64,000 bases of DNA from a virus (Duplodnaviria; Caudoviricetes). Numbering within the stretch: the stretch's first letter is position 1; every line of letters starts with the position of its first letter. This document shows positions 1 to 9,445 of this stretch, piece by piece. The position numbers were made by a program, and so were the translations under genes. The notes under the pieces were generated by a model that had not been told where the DNA came from, made no database searches, and saw nothing but the letters and a program-made list of their open reading frames with translations. The stretch is taken from IMG/VR virus record IMGVR_UViG_3300006117_000001, positions 1,559 to 65,558 of that record; one strand, written 5' to 3'.

Positions 1-1376
1 CAAAGTTGATCTTTGACGTTGTAGATAATAGCATCAGTACATTCTGTTGCTGTACCGCGGGGATAAAAAAACCAAATCTCGTTGTACCTTGGAACCTTAG
101 TAGCCCAAACTTTTTGTCGTTGTTCGTAATTAAGGTTGTTAAATAGCCAGTTTACGTTTTTATCGTTTGGTAATACTTTGACGTTACCATTGTATAAATA
201 GAAACGGTCAACACCCATCCAGAAAAAGATACCGTCCATCTCCACAACTGCATTAGAAGACATGATGGAGATTTGGCTTGAAACAATATCGTAATTCCAA
301 TAAAACTGAGTTGCTTGTGAATTAAAGGAAACACGAATAAGAGAGTCCGTAGCCCAGAACAAGCCAGATGGCGAGGCAGTACCTCCACGCATTGGCAAAC
401 CCTTGACGATTTTAGAGCTTGCCACGTTGACTTGGTTTGCTAATGGACCGTTCCAATCATAAAAGTTTTGATTGGTATACGTAGAATCTACGTTGTTATT
501 TGCAATGAAGCCATGTGAGCCATATACAAAAATAAATGGATACAATACGCACACACCACCATCAACGCTAATGGGTTTGTAGGTGGGGTTTTGGCCCTCA
601 CTATCACAAAGGCCAGTGAAATAATAATCATTATCATTATCTGGCAACACATTACCAACCAATACCTGAGTGGCCACACCATTGTCAATATTAACTAGGT
701 TTAAACCTGGGTGGGCAAAACACGCTAGATTACCGCCTTGTGGACTAAACTGTGCGTCAAACTGCCAATCATTACGATATGGGCCGTTTTGTGGATCGGG
801 TGTAAAAATGCTGCTGTTTAACCAGATTTTACTAATTGTTCCCGCTGGTGCTGCAGGGGTAAATGTAATGGTAGTAGTATTTGTTGGACTACCTGTGTAA
901 ACCGAAGTACTAATTGTGTAGACTGTTGGTGTACCAGTTTGGCTGATAATAAAAGTCTTAGTTGGTGCAAAAGTAGTTGTTGCATTACCGGGGACAACTA
1001 CTTGAGTTGTTGTATTTGATGTTACATTGGCAAATACAGAACCAGGCAAAAAGTTAACAACAAATGGACCACTACCTGCACCATAAGATGTGCCAGTAGT
1101 AAAAACATCTAAAGTTTCTGCGTTACCAGCAAAAATATAGTTAACACCATTATATGGAATGGCAATCATGCCACGGTAGATACCGTTAAATGCTGTAAAA
1201 ATGGCTTTGTAGCCACCAATCTTTTTGGGGTCACCACGCTGAAAACGACACCATACACCATCAGTATATTGGTCGTTTTGAAATACTGTACCGTCGCGTT
1301 TAATCCCAGCCGGTATTGCTAGGCTGTAAATTGATGTATATTGCGAGGTATCTTGTTGCTGATTATCAGCCGGCAT
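1..1376 (-). CDS. Tail nozzle/stabilisation-like virion protein (partial, runs off left edge)
   Basis: ATG at 1376 adjoining the stop of the upstream ORF; reads MPADNQQQ...GIKRDGT...DGVWCRFQRGDPKKIGGY; position after the adaptor genes. Confidence 0.6.
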   Translation of the reverse strand, partial: MPADNQQQDTSQYTSIYSLAIPAGIKRDGTVFQNDQYTDGVWCRFQRGDPKKIGGYKAIFTAFNGIYRGMIAIPYNGVNYIFAGNAETLDVFTTGTSYGAGSGPFVVNFLPGSVFANVTSNTTTQVVVPGNATTTFAPTKTFIISQTGTPTVYTISTSVYTGSPTNTTTITFTPAAPAGTISKIWLNSSIFTPDPQNGPYRNDWQFDAQFSPQGGNLACFAHPGLNLVNIDNGVATQVLVGNVLPDNDNDYYFTGLCDSEGQNPTYKPISVDGGVCVLYPFIFVYGSHGFIANNNVDSTYTNQNFYDWNGPLANQVNVASSKIVKGLPMRGGTASPSGLFWATDSLIRVSFNSQATQFYWNYDIVSSQISIMSSNAVVEMDGIFFWMGVDRFYLYNGNVKVLPNDKNVNWLFNNLNYEQRQKVWATKVPRYNEIWFFYPRGTATECTDAIIYNVKDQL

Positions 1377-2639
1377 TTAGAACGTTCCGCCGTCAATTAG
1401 TTGCGCTACAAGTCTTGCGTTTACTGTGACCAATGGCTGTAATATATTGGAGTTATCAATGTTAATGATCTCCGTGCTATTTGCAGATAAGCCAAGCACA
1501 CTAGTACCAGCAAGGTACATGCCTGTGTGGGTGTCATTGTTAAATGAGAAAGATGGTAACGCTGCAGTACCATTGGCAGCATAGTAAATGCCAGTTGAGC
1601 TTTGAGTTAGTACGTAAAGATTTAAGCCATCACTTAATACAACTACAATAGCCCCAGCAGCTAATACTAAAGGTGGTTGTGAGCTACCAGAAACAGTAAA
1701 GTTAACGTTATAGCCAGTTTGATTGGTGTTGTTAACCAAAACATAAAGCTGGGTAATCGCTGGTAAAGTAACCGTTAATGTGGTTGTACGTGAACCTGTT
1801 TGCGCAATATAGGTTTGGATGATTGGCGCAAAAGATACCAGACTTAATGATGACCCAGGGATATTATCAACGTCGTATGTTGCTGAAGTAAAGGTAAGGT
1901 TTGATGGGGAGGTGTATCCAACCGTAATAAAGTTACCGGTATTGCTGTCGTAAATGACGTACCCAGAATCACCTGGGTTAGCTGTAATGGCAGCTTGTCC
2001 GTTAATTAATGCTGGGGAAACTGGAGTAATGGATAGCGCACCACCACCACTATTTCTAAAACCAATATACCAACCAGTTGAAAGGGTACTTGGTACTGGT
2101 AGGTTTATTACACCAGCACCAGCGTTCCAGTTAAATGTAGAAGCGCGGCTAAGGTCGTTTAGTGTTGGTGTAGCTGTAATGTCAACAACGTTTTGTGTAG
2201 TTGCTAGCTGACCAGATACGGTAGTCAAGCCGGCACCCTGCAATGTTACTGCATCAGCGTATGATGTACCAACTCCAAACGCTATATTTGACCAAGTACC
2301 ACCCAGAGTAGTATTATTAGTAAGATATACGTACTTAGCAGCACCAACAGCAACAGTGATTGACTCAGCACCAGCAGCATCGGTAACAGTAAAGGCATGT
2401 GCTCCCAAATTGCGGAAAAGAATGTCTGAACCAACGGCGCCTTGTGTCGCATCAGGTAATAAAATGATAAGACCATCAACACTAGCAACACAGTCCATAA
2501 TACGGGCTGCAGGAACCTGTGTAGGGTTAACAACAGTAGGCCAGTAGAGCTGAGTGTTGGAGCTAAAGTTGAGAGCATAGTATGAAACGTCGGTGGGCTG
2601 AACGACATTACCAGTGAAGGGGGAAGTAAATGTTGTCAT
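1377..2639 (-). CDS. Virion structural protein (tail-associated)
   Basis: 420 aa, beta-rich T/S/G/N composition, C-terminal IDGGTF motif, tail module context. Confidence 0.6.
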   Translation of the reverse strand: MTTFTSPFTGNVVQPTDVSYYALNFSSNTQLYWPTVVNPTQVPAARIMDCVASVDGLIILLPDATQGAVGSDILFRNLGAHAFTVTDAAGAESITVAVGAAKYVYLTNNTTLGGTWSNIAFGVGTSYADAVTLQGAGLTTVSGQLATTQNVVDITATPTLNDLSRASTFNWNAGAGVINLPVPSTLSTGWYIGFRNSGGGALSITPVSPALINGQAAITANPGDSGYVIYDSNTGNFITVGYTSPSNLTFTSATYDVDNIPGSSLSLVSFAPIIQTYIAQTGSRTTTLTVTLPAITQLYVLVNNTNQTGYNVNFTVSGSSQPPLVLAAGAIVVVLSDGLNLYVLTQSSTGIYYAANGTAALPSFSFNNDTHTGMYLAGTSVLGLSANSTEIINIDNSNILQPLVTVNARLVAQLIDGGTF

Positions 2640-2642
2640 ATA

Positions 2643-3263
2643 TTATGGCTCTTGGACGGTAGTATTTCTATCCACACGACGAGCATTGTCCTCTTTCTTA
2701 AGAGCAGCTAGTGCATCTGTGTAATAAGATTTCCACACAGGCAGCTTGTCAAGAGCCTTTAAGTAGCCCTGTGCTTGGAGTAATGTTCCAAATAACATCG
2801 CCTGCGGCGCTTCTCTAGTAAATAGATTTTGCTGATTGGTTGTATCCAACGGTTGGATTTCGCTGTAGTAAATTATTTCCACTGGAGTTGCTGCAGCGGA
2901 AGCTGGTGCAATTGCCCAGTTGTTGTAGTCGTATTCTGCGTAGTAAAGAGGAACGGCCGGTGTAGACTCAGATTGGTACTGCGCTACATAATCTTGTGAG
3001 CGCATTAAAATAGGTTTGCCATTTGACTTTAACGAAACAGTTTTTCTCCAACGTGCTGGCTTAGCAACAATAACTTGGTTTTGTGCTAGTGTTGTTTCAA
3101 CAACGGTCAACTGCAAGTAAGTTTTAAGTTCAGCAGCAATAGCAGATTCAGCCAAGCCAATCAAGCTAGGAATCTGAGCGACAAATTGCGCGTCATTACG
3201 TTCCATGTAATTTTGCACATCGGATACCAAATTGTCGTACGTCATTACGTATGCGTTGGTCAT
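2643..3263 (-). CDS. Head-tail adaptor / tail tubular A-like protein
   Basis: 206 aa; MTYDNLVSDVQNYMER start and LFGTLLQA helix resemble podovirus adaptor proteins. Confidence 0.55.
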   Translation of the reverse strand: MTNAYVMTYDNLVSDVQNYMERNDAQFVAQIPSLIGLAESAIAAELKTYLQLTVVETTLAQNQVIVAKPARWRKTVSLKSNGKPILMRSQDYVAQYQSESTPAVPLYYAEYDYNNWAIAPASAAATPVEIIYYSEIQPLDTTNQQNLFTREAPQAMLFGTLLQAQGYLKALDKLPVWKSYYTDALAALKKEDNARRVDRNTTVQEP

Positions 3264-4327
3264 CTTGTGTAGTAACTCACGTTAGGGGTCAGCATTATCG
3301 GACTTTTGTCTCTTTCCTCGTTGCTCGCTATCATAAAATGTTTTTCAGCTTGCATCTCTAAATATTGGATACGTGCAAGATCAACGCCGGGTATTTGCAT
3401 AGACAAGCGATGAGACAATGTAGCTTGCACAGAGTTAATCCAGCGGTCTGGCACATAGATTTGGTTTGTCAATGAACCAACGTCTTCCATTTGCTTTTCA
3501 ACAACTAGCTGAAACATCTGAAAATCGTTATTTGCGACAGGCCAGAGGTACATAGATGGCTCAATGGTTCTATCAAACCAATACTGCAATGAGCGCACTG
3601 AGGGAAATTGTTTGTTTGGCAAATTCCAGTAGTCGTCGCGGTTTAGGCGCGCTAGTGGAATGACCTGTTGGCTCGTAGAAAATACAATCTGACGTATTGA
3701 GAACGTGGGCAACACAGTCTCACGCAAACGGTAGTACTGATGATTGGGAGTGGTGCTAATATTAAAATAGGCCCACTGGCGATCAGCCAATGTGGTCGCT
3801 GGGAATTGTTGGATCAGTGTCCAAGTAATTCCGTCATCACTGACCTCATAGGCAAAGTTGTAAGTTGTTGTCGTACCTGGCGCAGCATAACCATTAAAAC
3901 CAACATAAAACACTGGCTGTGGCTGTGGGTATGTCAGACCAAAGTAATTCTCGCCAACGGTTGACGTAGCAACTTGGTTTAAATTCTGATCAAATACTGT
4001 GGGGGATTGTGGATTGTCAACTGGAAGATAACTAGACGCTGCGGAGTTAACGATGTAGACCCAGTTTGCTTCTCTGACGTCAATGGTAGTTTTTGGAAGA
4101 ACTAACTGCTGTTGTGCTGTAACAGCACCGTACAATTGGTTCTCTAGTAACCAGAGATTGACACCTAAATTGGATAGGTTTTGTAGATTGTAGAAAAGGG
4201 CTTGCTTACCAGCGTTAACATATTCTGGCGTTATTTCCTCAGCGGTTTTACCAGCATCACGAAACGCAAAAGAAATTAGTTGGTCAACATTAATTGTTGT
4301 TTGACCAGTCGTCCCAGAGTATGCCAT
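3260..4327 (-). CDS. Head-tail adaptor protein with inserted beta-sandwich domain
   Basis: 355 aa; GVNLW, LNRDDYWNLPNK and EERDKS motifs; central SDDGITW...YYRLR discoidin-like insert. Confidence 0.55.
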   Translation of the reverse strand: MAYSGTTGQTTINVDQLISFAFRDAGKTAEEITPEYVNAGKQALFYNLQNLSNLGVNLWLLENQLYGAVTAQQQLVLPKTTIDVREANWVYIVNSAASSYLPVDNPQSPTVFDQNLNQVATSTVGENYFGLTYPQPQPVFYVGFNGYAAPGTTTTYNFAYEVSDDGITWTLIQQFPATTLADRQWAYFNISTTPNHQYYRLRETVLPTFSIRQIVFSTSQQVIPLARLNRDDYWNLPNKQFPSVRSLQYWFDRTIEPSMYLWPVANNDFQMFQLVVEKQMEDVGSLTNQIYVPDRWINSVQATLSHRLSMQIPGVDLARIQYLEMQAEKHFMIASNEERDKSPIMLTPNVSYYTR

Positions 4328-4328
4328 G

Positions 4329-4496
4329 TTATCGTCCGCGACCAGCGGCCTTTTTCATTACTGTTTTGGGCAAGTTGGGTTTAGCCTTGCCAGCCTTAAT
4401 AAACTCTTTACCAACCTTCTTTGGTATGCCGAGAGTTGATTTGCCGGCAGCTGCGGCGTACATTGCCTTCATTTGCTGTTCGGATTTGATTGGCAT
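4329..4496 (-). CDS. Small basic protein (55 aa)
   Basis: Read manually: [32 protein letters not shown]...; TAATG coupling to the upstream gene. Confidence 0.6.
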   Translation of the reverse strand: MPIKSEQQMKAMYAAAAGKSTLGIPKKVGKEFIKAGKAKPNLPKTVMKKAAGRGR

Positions 4497-5185
4497 TATG
4501 AGCAAGTCCCGCCAGTGTTCATCTTTTTAGCTTTACCACCCTTTTTCATTGCAGGTGCGGCTGGCGCAGCAGGAGGCATAGCAGGAGGCATAGCAGCTGG
4601 CGCAGCAGCTGGTGCGGGTGCTGGGTTCATACCACCTTGGTTTACAAACTGAGATTGCTGAGCTGGTCCAAGATACTTCATAGCATTTTTGGCACGTTCC
4701 AGCATACGACGACGTTCCATATCATTGGCAGATCCTTGACCAATTCCACCAGGTAGGGCATTTTGCATAGCAGCTTGTTGTAAACCTGTGCTACCGCCAT
4801 CAGCCATTTTCTTAACAGCTTTGCCACCTTTTTGTAATTTAGTAGCTTTAATATCTTTGGTTTTTTCGATGTTATCTAGATCGCCAGCTTTTTTCTTGGC
4901 GCCATAAACATTATCTACTGAACCACCAGTTTTATATTTACGGACAGTGCCGACTGCCTTTTTGGCACGGCCACCTTTTTTCAAGGTAGACAGATCCGTT
5001 TTCTCACCAGGATGCTCTTGTTTATCGTGAATGGCAATCGCCTTTTTCACTATGGCTTTATCTTGGGCAATGTCAGCAGTATCAGTGACTTTACGATCGC
5101 GCTTAGTGTAATTGCTTACCTGCGTCTGAACCAAGCCGCCTTTTTTAAAACATTGCATTTTTGGTAGTTTTTTAAAATCGTCCAT
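4496..5185 (-). CDS. Lys-rich putative capsid-internal protein with xxGG repeats
   Basis: 229 aa, seven [FLYM]xxGG motifs; directly downstream of a bipartite promoter motif. Confidence 0.55.
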   Translation of the reverse strand: MDDFKKLPKMQCFKKGGLVQTQVSNYTKRDRKVTDTADIAQDKAIVKKAIAIHDKQEHPGEKTDLSTLKKGGRAKKAVGTVRKYKTGGSVDNVYGAKKKAGDLDNIEKTKDIKATKLQKGGKAVKKMADGGSTGLQQAAMQNALPGGIGQGSANDMERRRMLERAKNAMKYLGPAQQSQFVNQGGMNPAPAPAAAPAAMPPAMPPAAPAAPAMKKGGKAKKMNTGGTCS

Positions 5186-5214
5186 TTCTGTCCCTGTAGG
5201 TTATTCCTATATCT

Positions 5215-5247
5215 ACTAATACGCTAAATCAAGCGTTTACGCCCTAA
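5215..5247 (-). promoter_or_regulatory. Putative phage late promoter TTAGGGCG-N15-GCGTATTAGT
   Basis: One of five exact bipartite copies with a 15-nt spacer. Confidence 0.75.
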
Positions 5248-5837
5248 ATTCCGCTTAAAAATAGCGCTCTTTCACGTTTTCTTCTATTTTTTGTGGCTTT
5301 GCTTAAATACTGTTTGCAATTATCAAAATGGTATCTTGTCATATTAGACCCTTTCTTTTTTGTTAATTTGCATTTTGGGCAGGTTATTAATTCAGCATTT
5401 TTCTTTGTTTCTGATTGCTTTTTTGCGTATTCTGGATTAAGCATTGGGGAAATCCATGAACCATTTAAAACAGCAATTTTTTGTATTGATTTTCTTTTTT
5501 GACTATATTCTTTTGTTTGTGTGTGATGAACACCTTTGGTTACCCGTTCTTGTTGCCATTTTGGTAGTTTAGCCCCAGAAATTCCCTCACCACCTAACGT
5601 TTTATTTACCAAAAATCCAAAAACATTAAAATGTTTAATTAAATCAATTTCCTCTTTAAATGCTTCAACTTCTGTTAATTGGTCAGCTAAAATGACAACA
5701 GAATACCCATATTTATTAACAACGTTATGCCAGTGTGGATTTCTTCCCGTTTTTTGATACGCCCTTTTATTGCTACCTTTTCCAATATAAAAAATAGTGC
5801 CGTCTGGTTTAGTATGAGCATAAACGTAATGTTGCAT
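5244..5837 (-). CDS. GIY-YIG homing endonuclease
   Basis: YVYAH...FYIGKG...R...E motif; C-terminus duplicates the endolysin C-terminus. Confidence 0.75.
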   Translation of the reverse strand: MQHYVYAHTKPDGTIFYIGKGSNKRAYQKTGRNPHWHNVVNKYGYSVVILADQLTEVEAFKEEIDLIKHFNVFGFLVNKTLGGEGISGAKLPKWQQERVTKGVHHTQTKEYSQKRKSIQKIAVLNGSWISPMLNPEYAKKQSETKKNAELITCPKCKLTKKKGSNMTRYHFDNCKQYLSKATKNRRKRERALFLSGI

Positions 5838-5838
5838 A

Positions 5839-6360
5839 TTAAATACCACTTAAAAACAATGCTCTTTCACGTTCCCTGCGTTTTTGTAATACAGCAGGTT
5901 TGTTCCACATTAAAAAAGCGTCTGCAGCTCCTTTTAAGTCATTCTCGTTAATTTTTTTAACAACAGTGGATTTTTTAAAATTTGTGGCCCCAAGATTAAA
6001 ACAAAGGCTGTATAGGGCGTCGTATTGGTTCTGGCTAAGGGATACCTTCACCGAGCTCTCTACGGCCTCGCTACACCACTTTAAATCGCTTCTAAGGAGG
6101 TCTTCTACCTGCTCGTCAGTAAGAACGGCGTCTTTTAGGTGAGGCTCGTCTGCCTTGATTAAATGGCCTACACCAATGGTAAGCAGACCCTTAGAGTCTT
6201 TATAGGCTTTATTACGGGAGCCTTCTTCTTTGATGATAAAGTCTAGGGTGGATTTAGCGATTGCCATAATGTTTTCTTCAATCTGGGTAAATCGGTCTGT
6301 AAAGTGAATTATTGCAAAACTACCTAACAGCCATAATGCTACAGCGACTACTTTTTTCAT
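5839..6360 (-). CDS. Endolysin (GH24 lysozyme) with N-terminal hydrophobic anchor
   Basis: EEG..KAYKDSKGLLTIGVGH catalytic E-D-T motif; QNQYDALYSLCFNLG; RRERERALF end. Confidence 0.9.
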   Translation of the reverse strand: MKKVVAVALWLLGSFAIIHFTDRFTQIEENIMAIAKSTLDFIIKEEGSRNKAYKDSKGLLTIGVGHLIKADEPHLKDAVLTDEQVEDLLRSDLKWCSEAVESSVKVSLSQNQYDALYSLCFNLGATNFKKSTVVKKINENDLKGAADAFLMWNKPAVLQKRRERERALFLSGI

Positions 6361-6406
6361 TTTTACTCCTTACTCTGTGCCATTATAACAGGGCTCAAAT
6401 TGGGGT

Positions 6407-6880
6407 TTATTGTGATTCAAATGCCTGTAGTTGGGTCAATTGATCCGCTAGTTTGCGGTATTTTTCGTTGTTTTCGATGGCAATGGAGAGGAGGGTAGCT
6501 GTGTCAATGGTGCTGGCGGTACCATCAAGGCTGCTGGGGGCTGAGGCCTCACCAGTCGCACTGGCGTTGAACACCCGCACAAAGCCGTTGCTAATAGCAC
6601 ACCGATTAGACCCAACAGCCAAAGTGATTTGTTTTTGTAGATCGGCATTGTGATTTGATACTTTGGTAATTTGGTCAATATACTGCACAACCAGCTGGTC
6701 ACCTTTTTGCTCAATGTCATCTTTTTCCTTTAATGCTAGTTCGTTTGCCTTTTCTATTTTAGCAATGTAATAGTCTGAAGTCCAGCTATAACCCACATAG
6801 CCACCTGCCACAATAGACAAGGATGCAATGGTGATGTATAGGTAGACTCCACTAATACCGCTTAGAAGTATTTTCCACAT
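6407..6880 (-). CDS. Inner-membrane spanin (Rz-like)
   Basis: N-terminal TM segment, coiled coil, adjacent to endolysin, contains a nested lipoprotein ORF. Confidence 0.7.
   Translation of the reverse strand: MWKILLSGISGVYLYITIASLSIVAGGYVGYSWTSDYYIAKIEKANELALKEKDDIEQKGDQLVVQYIDQITKVSNHNADLQKQITLAVGSNRCAISNGFVRVFNASATGEASAPSSLDGTASTIDTATLLSIAIENNEKYRKLADQLTQLQAFESQ
6448..6648 (-). CDS. Outer-membrane spanin (Rz1-like lipoprotein) nested in Rz
   Basis: MPIYKNKSLWLLGLIGVLLATALCG-C lipobox followed by a Pro-rich mature part, in an alternate frame inside Rz. Confidence 0.75.
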   Translation of the reverse strand: MPIYKNKSLWLLGLIGVLLATALCGCSTPVRLVRPQPPAALMVPPAPLTQLPSSPLPSKTTKNTAN

Positions 6881-7431
6881 TATCTAAACCCCGAGATACG
6901 TGGTGAGAACACAAAGGTAGCCTGATATGGGCTAGGTTTGGGGCTCACATTCGGATCAACCAATGCACGAATATTCCAGCCGAGATTAAACATAATACAA
7001 CGAGTAGTGCTAGGTATATGCCTAATCCAAACAAACTGAAAGAGTCCGTTAGCGCGGACCAAAAGCCATCCTTCTTTTGCATTGTCATTATCCTTAATTA
7101 GATTGTCACCATTAAAGACGGCAGCATTATTGGGAATAAAATAGTGTAGTGCAAAACTATACGCCGGATTGCGTAATAGCCATTTTACCTGTGAAAGGTA
7201 AGATGGCGGGTTTAACAGGTAAAAAGCTGCATCACCATCTAGGCTATTATCCGGTGTCATAAACCAAGACAGCCAATTAGGCAATCTAGGCCCCATGCCG
7301 TACTGAGAATGATTATCATTCCACCCTTCTTGCTGCGAGGCAAAGAGGGGCAGTATGGGGGCTAGCAATACGGCTAATAGGGTAACAGCCAGGCTGATGG
7401 GTACTAAAATGATGTAAAGAAGGTAGATCAC
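6880..7431 (-). CDS. Membrane protein in lysis cassette
   Basis: 183 aa; N-terminal TM; WFMTPDNSLDGD and WLLRNPAY motifs. Confidence 0.5.
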   Translation of the reverse strand: MIYLLYIILVPISLAVTLLAVLLAPILPLFASQQEGWNDNHSQYGMGPRLPNWLSWFMTPDNSLDGDAAFYLLNPPSYLSQVKWLLRNPAYSFALHYFIPNNAAVFNGDNLIKDNDNAKEGWLLVRANGLFQFVWIRHIPSTTRCIMFNLGWNIRALVDPNVSPKPSPYQATFVFSPRISGFR

Positions 7432-7649
7432 TGCGGCTCTGTCTCTTTTTTGGCCATGATCGAAACACCACTTGCGCCGGACACAATGCCAATAGATTCA
7501 GCTAGTTCACGCAAGCTGACATTGCCGTGTATCATTTCGTAAGCAGCCACGCCGATTACAGCAACCAAACCTATGAGCCAGGCGACACGGCCTAGGTCGT
7601 AGGTCTCGTTGTCCTTGCCGGTGAGTAGCTGTTTGATAATGGTGTTCAT
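7428..7649 (-). CDS. Putative holin
   Basis: 73 aa, one to two hydrophobic segments, lysis cassette context. Confidence 0.45.
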   Translation of the reverse strand: MNTIIKQLLTGKDNETYDLGRVAWLIGLVAVIGVAAYEMIHGNVSLRELAESIGIVSGASGVSIMAKKETEPQ

Positions 7650-7879
7650 TAGTCTCTTAGGTCGTCTAGCTTGTCCTCAATGCGATGGACAGCTTTTAAT
7701 ACTTCTTCCCAGCGGTCAGAGAAATCGTCTTTGTGGACATAGTTCTCAGCAATATGGGTGCGAAGGTCGTGTAGGTCAAGTTTAAGAACCTGAACCGCCG
7801 TCCATAGCTCTTTACAGAACCAACCACACGCGACACAGATAAGGGGTAATATAGTGTTGATAAGAGTTTGTAAATCCAC
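7649..7879 (-). CDS. Small single-TM coiled-coil protein (holin/antiholin-like)
   Basis: 76 aa, N-terminal TM, RIEDKLD end. Confidence 0.4.
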   Translation of the reverse strand: MDLQTLINTILPLICVACGWFCKELWTAVQVLKLDLHDLRTHIAENYVHKDDFSDRWEEVLKAVHRIEDKLDDLRD

Positions 7880-7916
7880 GTTGAGGTCCCGGGTTTATAA
7901 TTATTATGGGTATGGG

Positions 7917-7947
7917 AAGACAGACAGCGGGTTAGGCTGTCTGTCTT
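7917..7947. terminator. Intergenic hairpin between fibre and lysis genes
   Basis: Perfect 12-bp stem AAGACAGACAGC/GCTGTCTGTCTT. Confidence 0.5.
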
Positions 7948-7969
7948 ATTGCGTCACGGGTGTTGCTAT

Positions 7970-8218
7970 TTAGCCAATCAAAGCAGCTACTTCAGCCTGT
8001 GTTAAACCTAGCTTAGCCAGTTTGTCCATAGCAGACTGTTTAGCAGCTACGGCAGCTTCTTGGGCAGCAGTTTCGGCATCTTGTAATTCTACTAGTTTGG
8101 CTTGTGCAGCAGCCATGTCATAAGACACTTCATTTTCGTCTTTGTCATAAGCAACTTCGCCACGAATAGTAACGATTGCTGGGTCAAGTGCATAAATAGC
8201 TGTGTGTAAATTAATCAT
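7970..8218 (-). CDS. Tail fibre assembly/chaperone-like small protein
   Basis: 82 aa following a fibre gene; KLAKLGLT..E..AL end. Confidence 0.45.
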   Translation of the reverse strand: MINLHTAIYALDPAIVTIRGEVAYDKDENEVSYDMAAAQAKLVELQDAETAAQEAAVAAKQSAMDKLAKLGLTQAEVAALIG

Positions 8219-8736
8219 CCTGCAATCTCCATTACTGTAATTATTGAAGTATCGTTATTTATTTGTACTGATGTAGTACCAGCATTGCCGTTTCTAGCAA
8301 AATAAATAGAATATGTAGTTGCTGAAGTAGTTGCTGGAGAATCCAAAGCCATAACTGGTGCAGATGTAATACAAGCATTAGATAAATTTAAATAACTTGT
8401 ATATACGGCATTTTGTTGAATTAATGTTGTATTTCGATAAACAGCAAGACCAACGCCTACTCCGCTTCCTTGATTGTTGTATAGACCATTCATGCCAGCA
8501 ATAACAAGTATTTTGCTAGTGGAAAATTTTGGAGTAATAGAAACGCTTAAACCAGTTGTAATATATCCGCTAGTAGTGGAAGCTGGAGTTGATGTTGTTG
8601 CTTGAACCACTTGCAATACGCTACCAGTGGGCAATACTGAGTATGGTACTGATCCATTTACAACCGCTGCTGTATTCTGAATAGTCCCGTCAGGGAATGT
8701 GACTGCGGGGTTTGTCCCGCCTAATGTTATGCTCAT
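8215..8736 (-). CDS. Short tail fibre / receptor-binding protein
   Basis: GSVLQVVQ...ITPKFSTSKILV...DSPATTSATTY...ITVMEIAG fibre-tip pattern. Confidence 0.65.
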   Translation of the reverse strand: MSITLGGTNPAVTFPDGTIQNTAAVVNGSVPYSVLPTGSVLQVVQATTSTPASTTSGYITTGLSVSITPKFSTSKILVIAGMNGLYNNQGSGVGVGLAVYRNTTLIQQNAVYTSYLNLSNACITSAPVMALDSPATTSATTYSIYFARNGNAGTTSVQINNDTSIITVMEIAG

Positions 8737-8894
8737 TTAAGTTGCTCCGCTGTAGGTTTAGCTAGTGTAGGATGTTCCCATTTAGCAATGTAGTCGCCTT
8801 TGCCGTCTGAATCGTTTTGAAGTGTGATTACAGTCATAAAATCTTTTTGTGTAAGACTAGGATATAAAGCCATAATTTTTTCAAATAATGTCAT
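8733..8894 (-). CDS. XkdW-like fibre chaperone (53 aa)
   Basis: Read manually: MTLFEKIMALYPSL...LQNDSDGKGDYIAKWEHPTLAKPT. Confidence 0.55.
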   Translation of the reverse strand: MTLFEKIMALYPSLTQKDFMTVITLQNDSDGKGDYIAKWEHPTLAKPTAEQLK

Positions 8895-8895
8895 T

Positions 8896-9444
8896 TTATG
8901 CTGTCCTCATTAAAGAACCATTAATCCAAGTATTTGTAGAAGATGCGCCTGTATTTTTTGAGCCACCAGTATATTGAGCCGCATATATTTCTACATAATC
9001 AGTAGAACCATTAAAATAAACTAAAGAACCGCCTGAAAAAGAACCTATGCCACCACCTGTTGTGCTTCCAATGTCTTGTAATCTTTTATATTCAGAACCA
9101 TTTTTATAAATACTAATATATGTTTCATTAGTCAATCCACCAGACCAGCCAACACTTGCACTAATATAATAATAGCCAGCAATTAAAGGTGTAAATCTAT
9201 AATTTGTAGAAGCATCAAAATAAGAATTTGTATCATATTCTTTAGTTTGAAATTGTAATTTTGTTGCTGTTCCTGTTGAAATAGATTGCAATGTGCTTTG
9301 ATAAGCACTAAACGCTGGCATATTACCTGACACCATTACAGTACCAGTAGCAGCAGGAAGGGTTGCGGTGTTGGAACCAGCTACGGCAGGAACAGTTAAG
9401 TTCACTACCCCGCTAGTATCTCCTGAGATTACGATTGAGCTCAT
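8896..9444 (-). CDS. Short fibre with C1q-like tip
   Basis: PAFSAY...YRFTPLIAGYY...NGSTDYVEIY pattern. Confidence 0.65.
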   Translation of the reverse strand: MSSIVISGDTSGVVNLTVPAVAGSNTATLPAATGTVMVSGNMPAFSAYQSTLQSISTGTATKLQFQTKEYDTNSYFDASTNYRFTPLIAGYYYISASVGWSGGLTNETYISIYKNGSEYKRLQDIGSTTGGGIGSFSGGSLVYFNGSTDYVEIYAAQYTGGSKNTGASSTNTWINGSLMRTA

Positions 9445-9445
9445 A

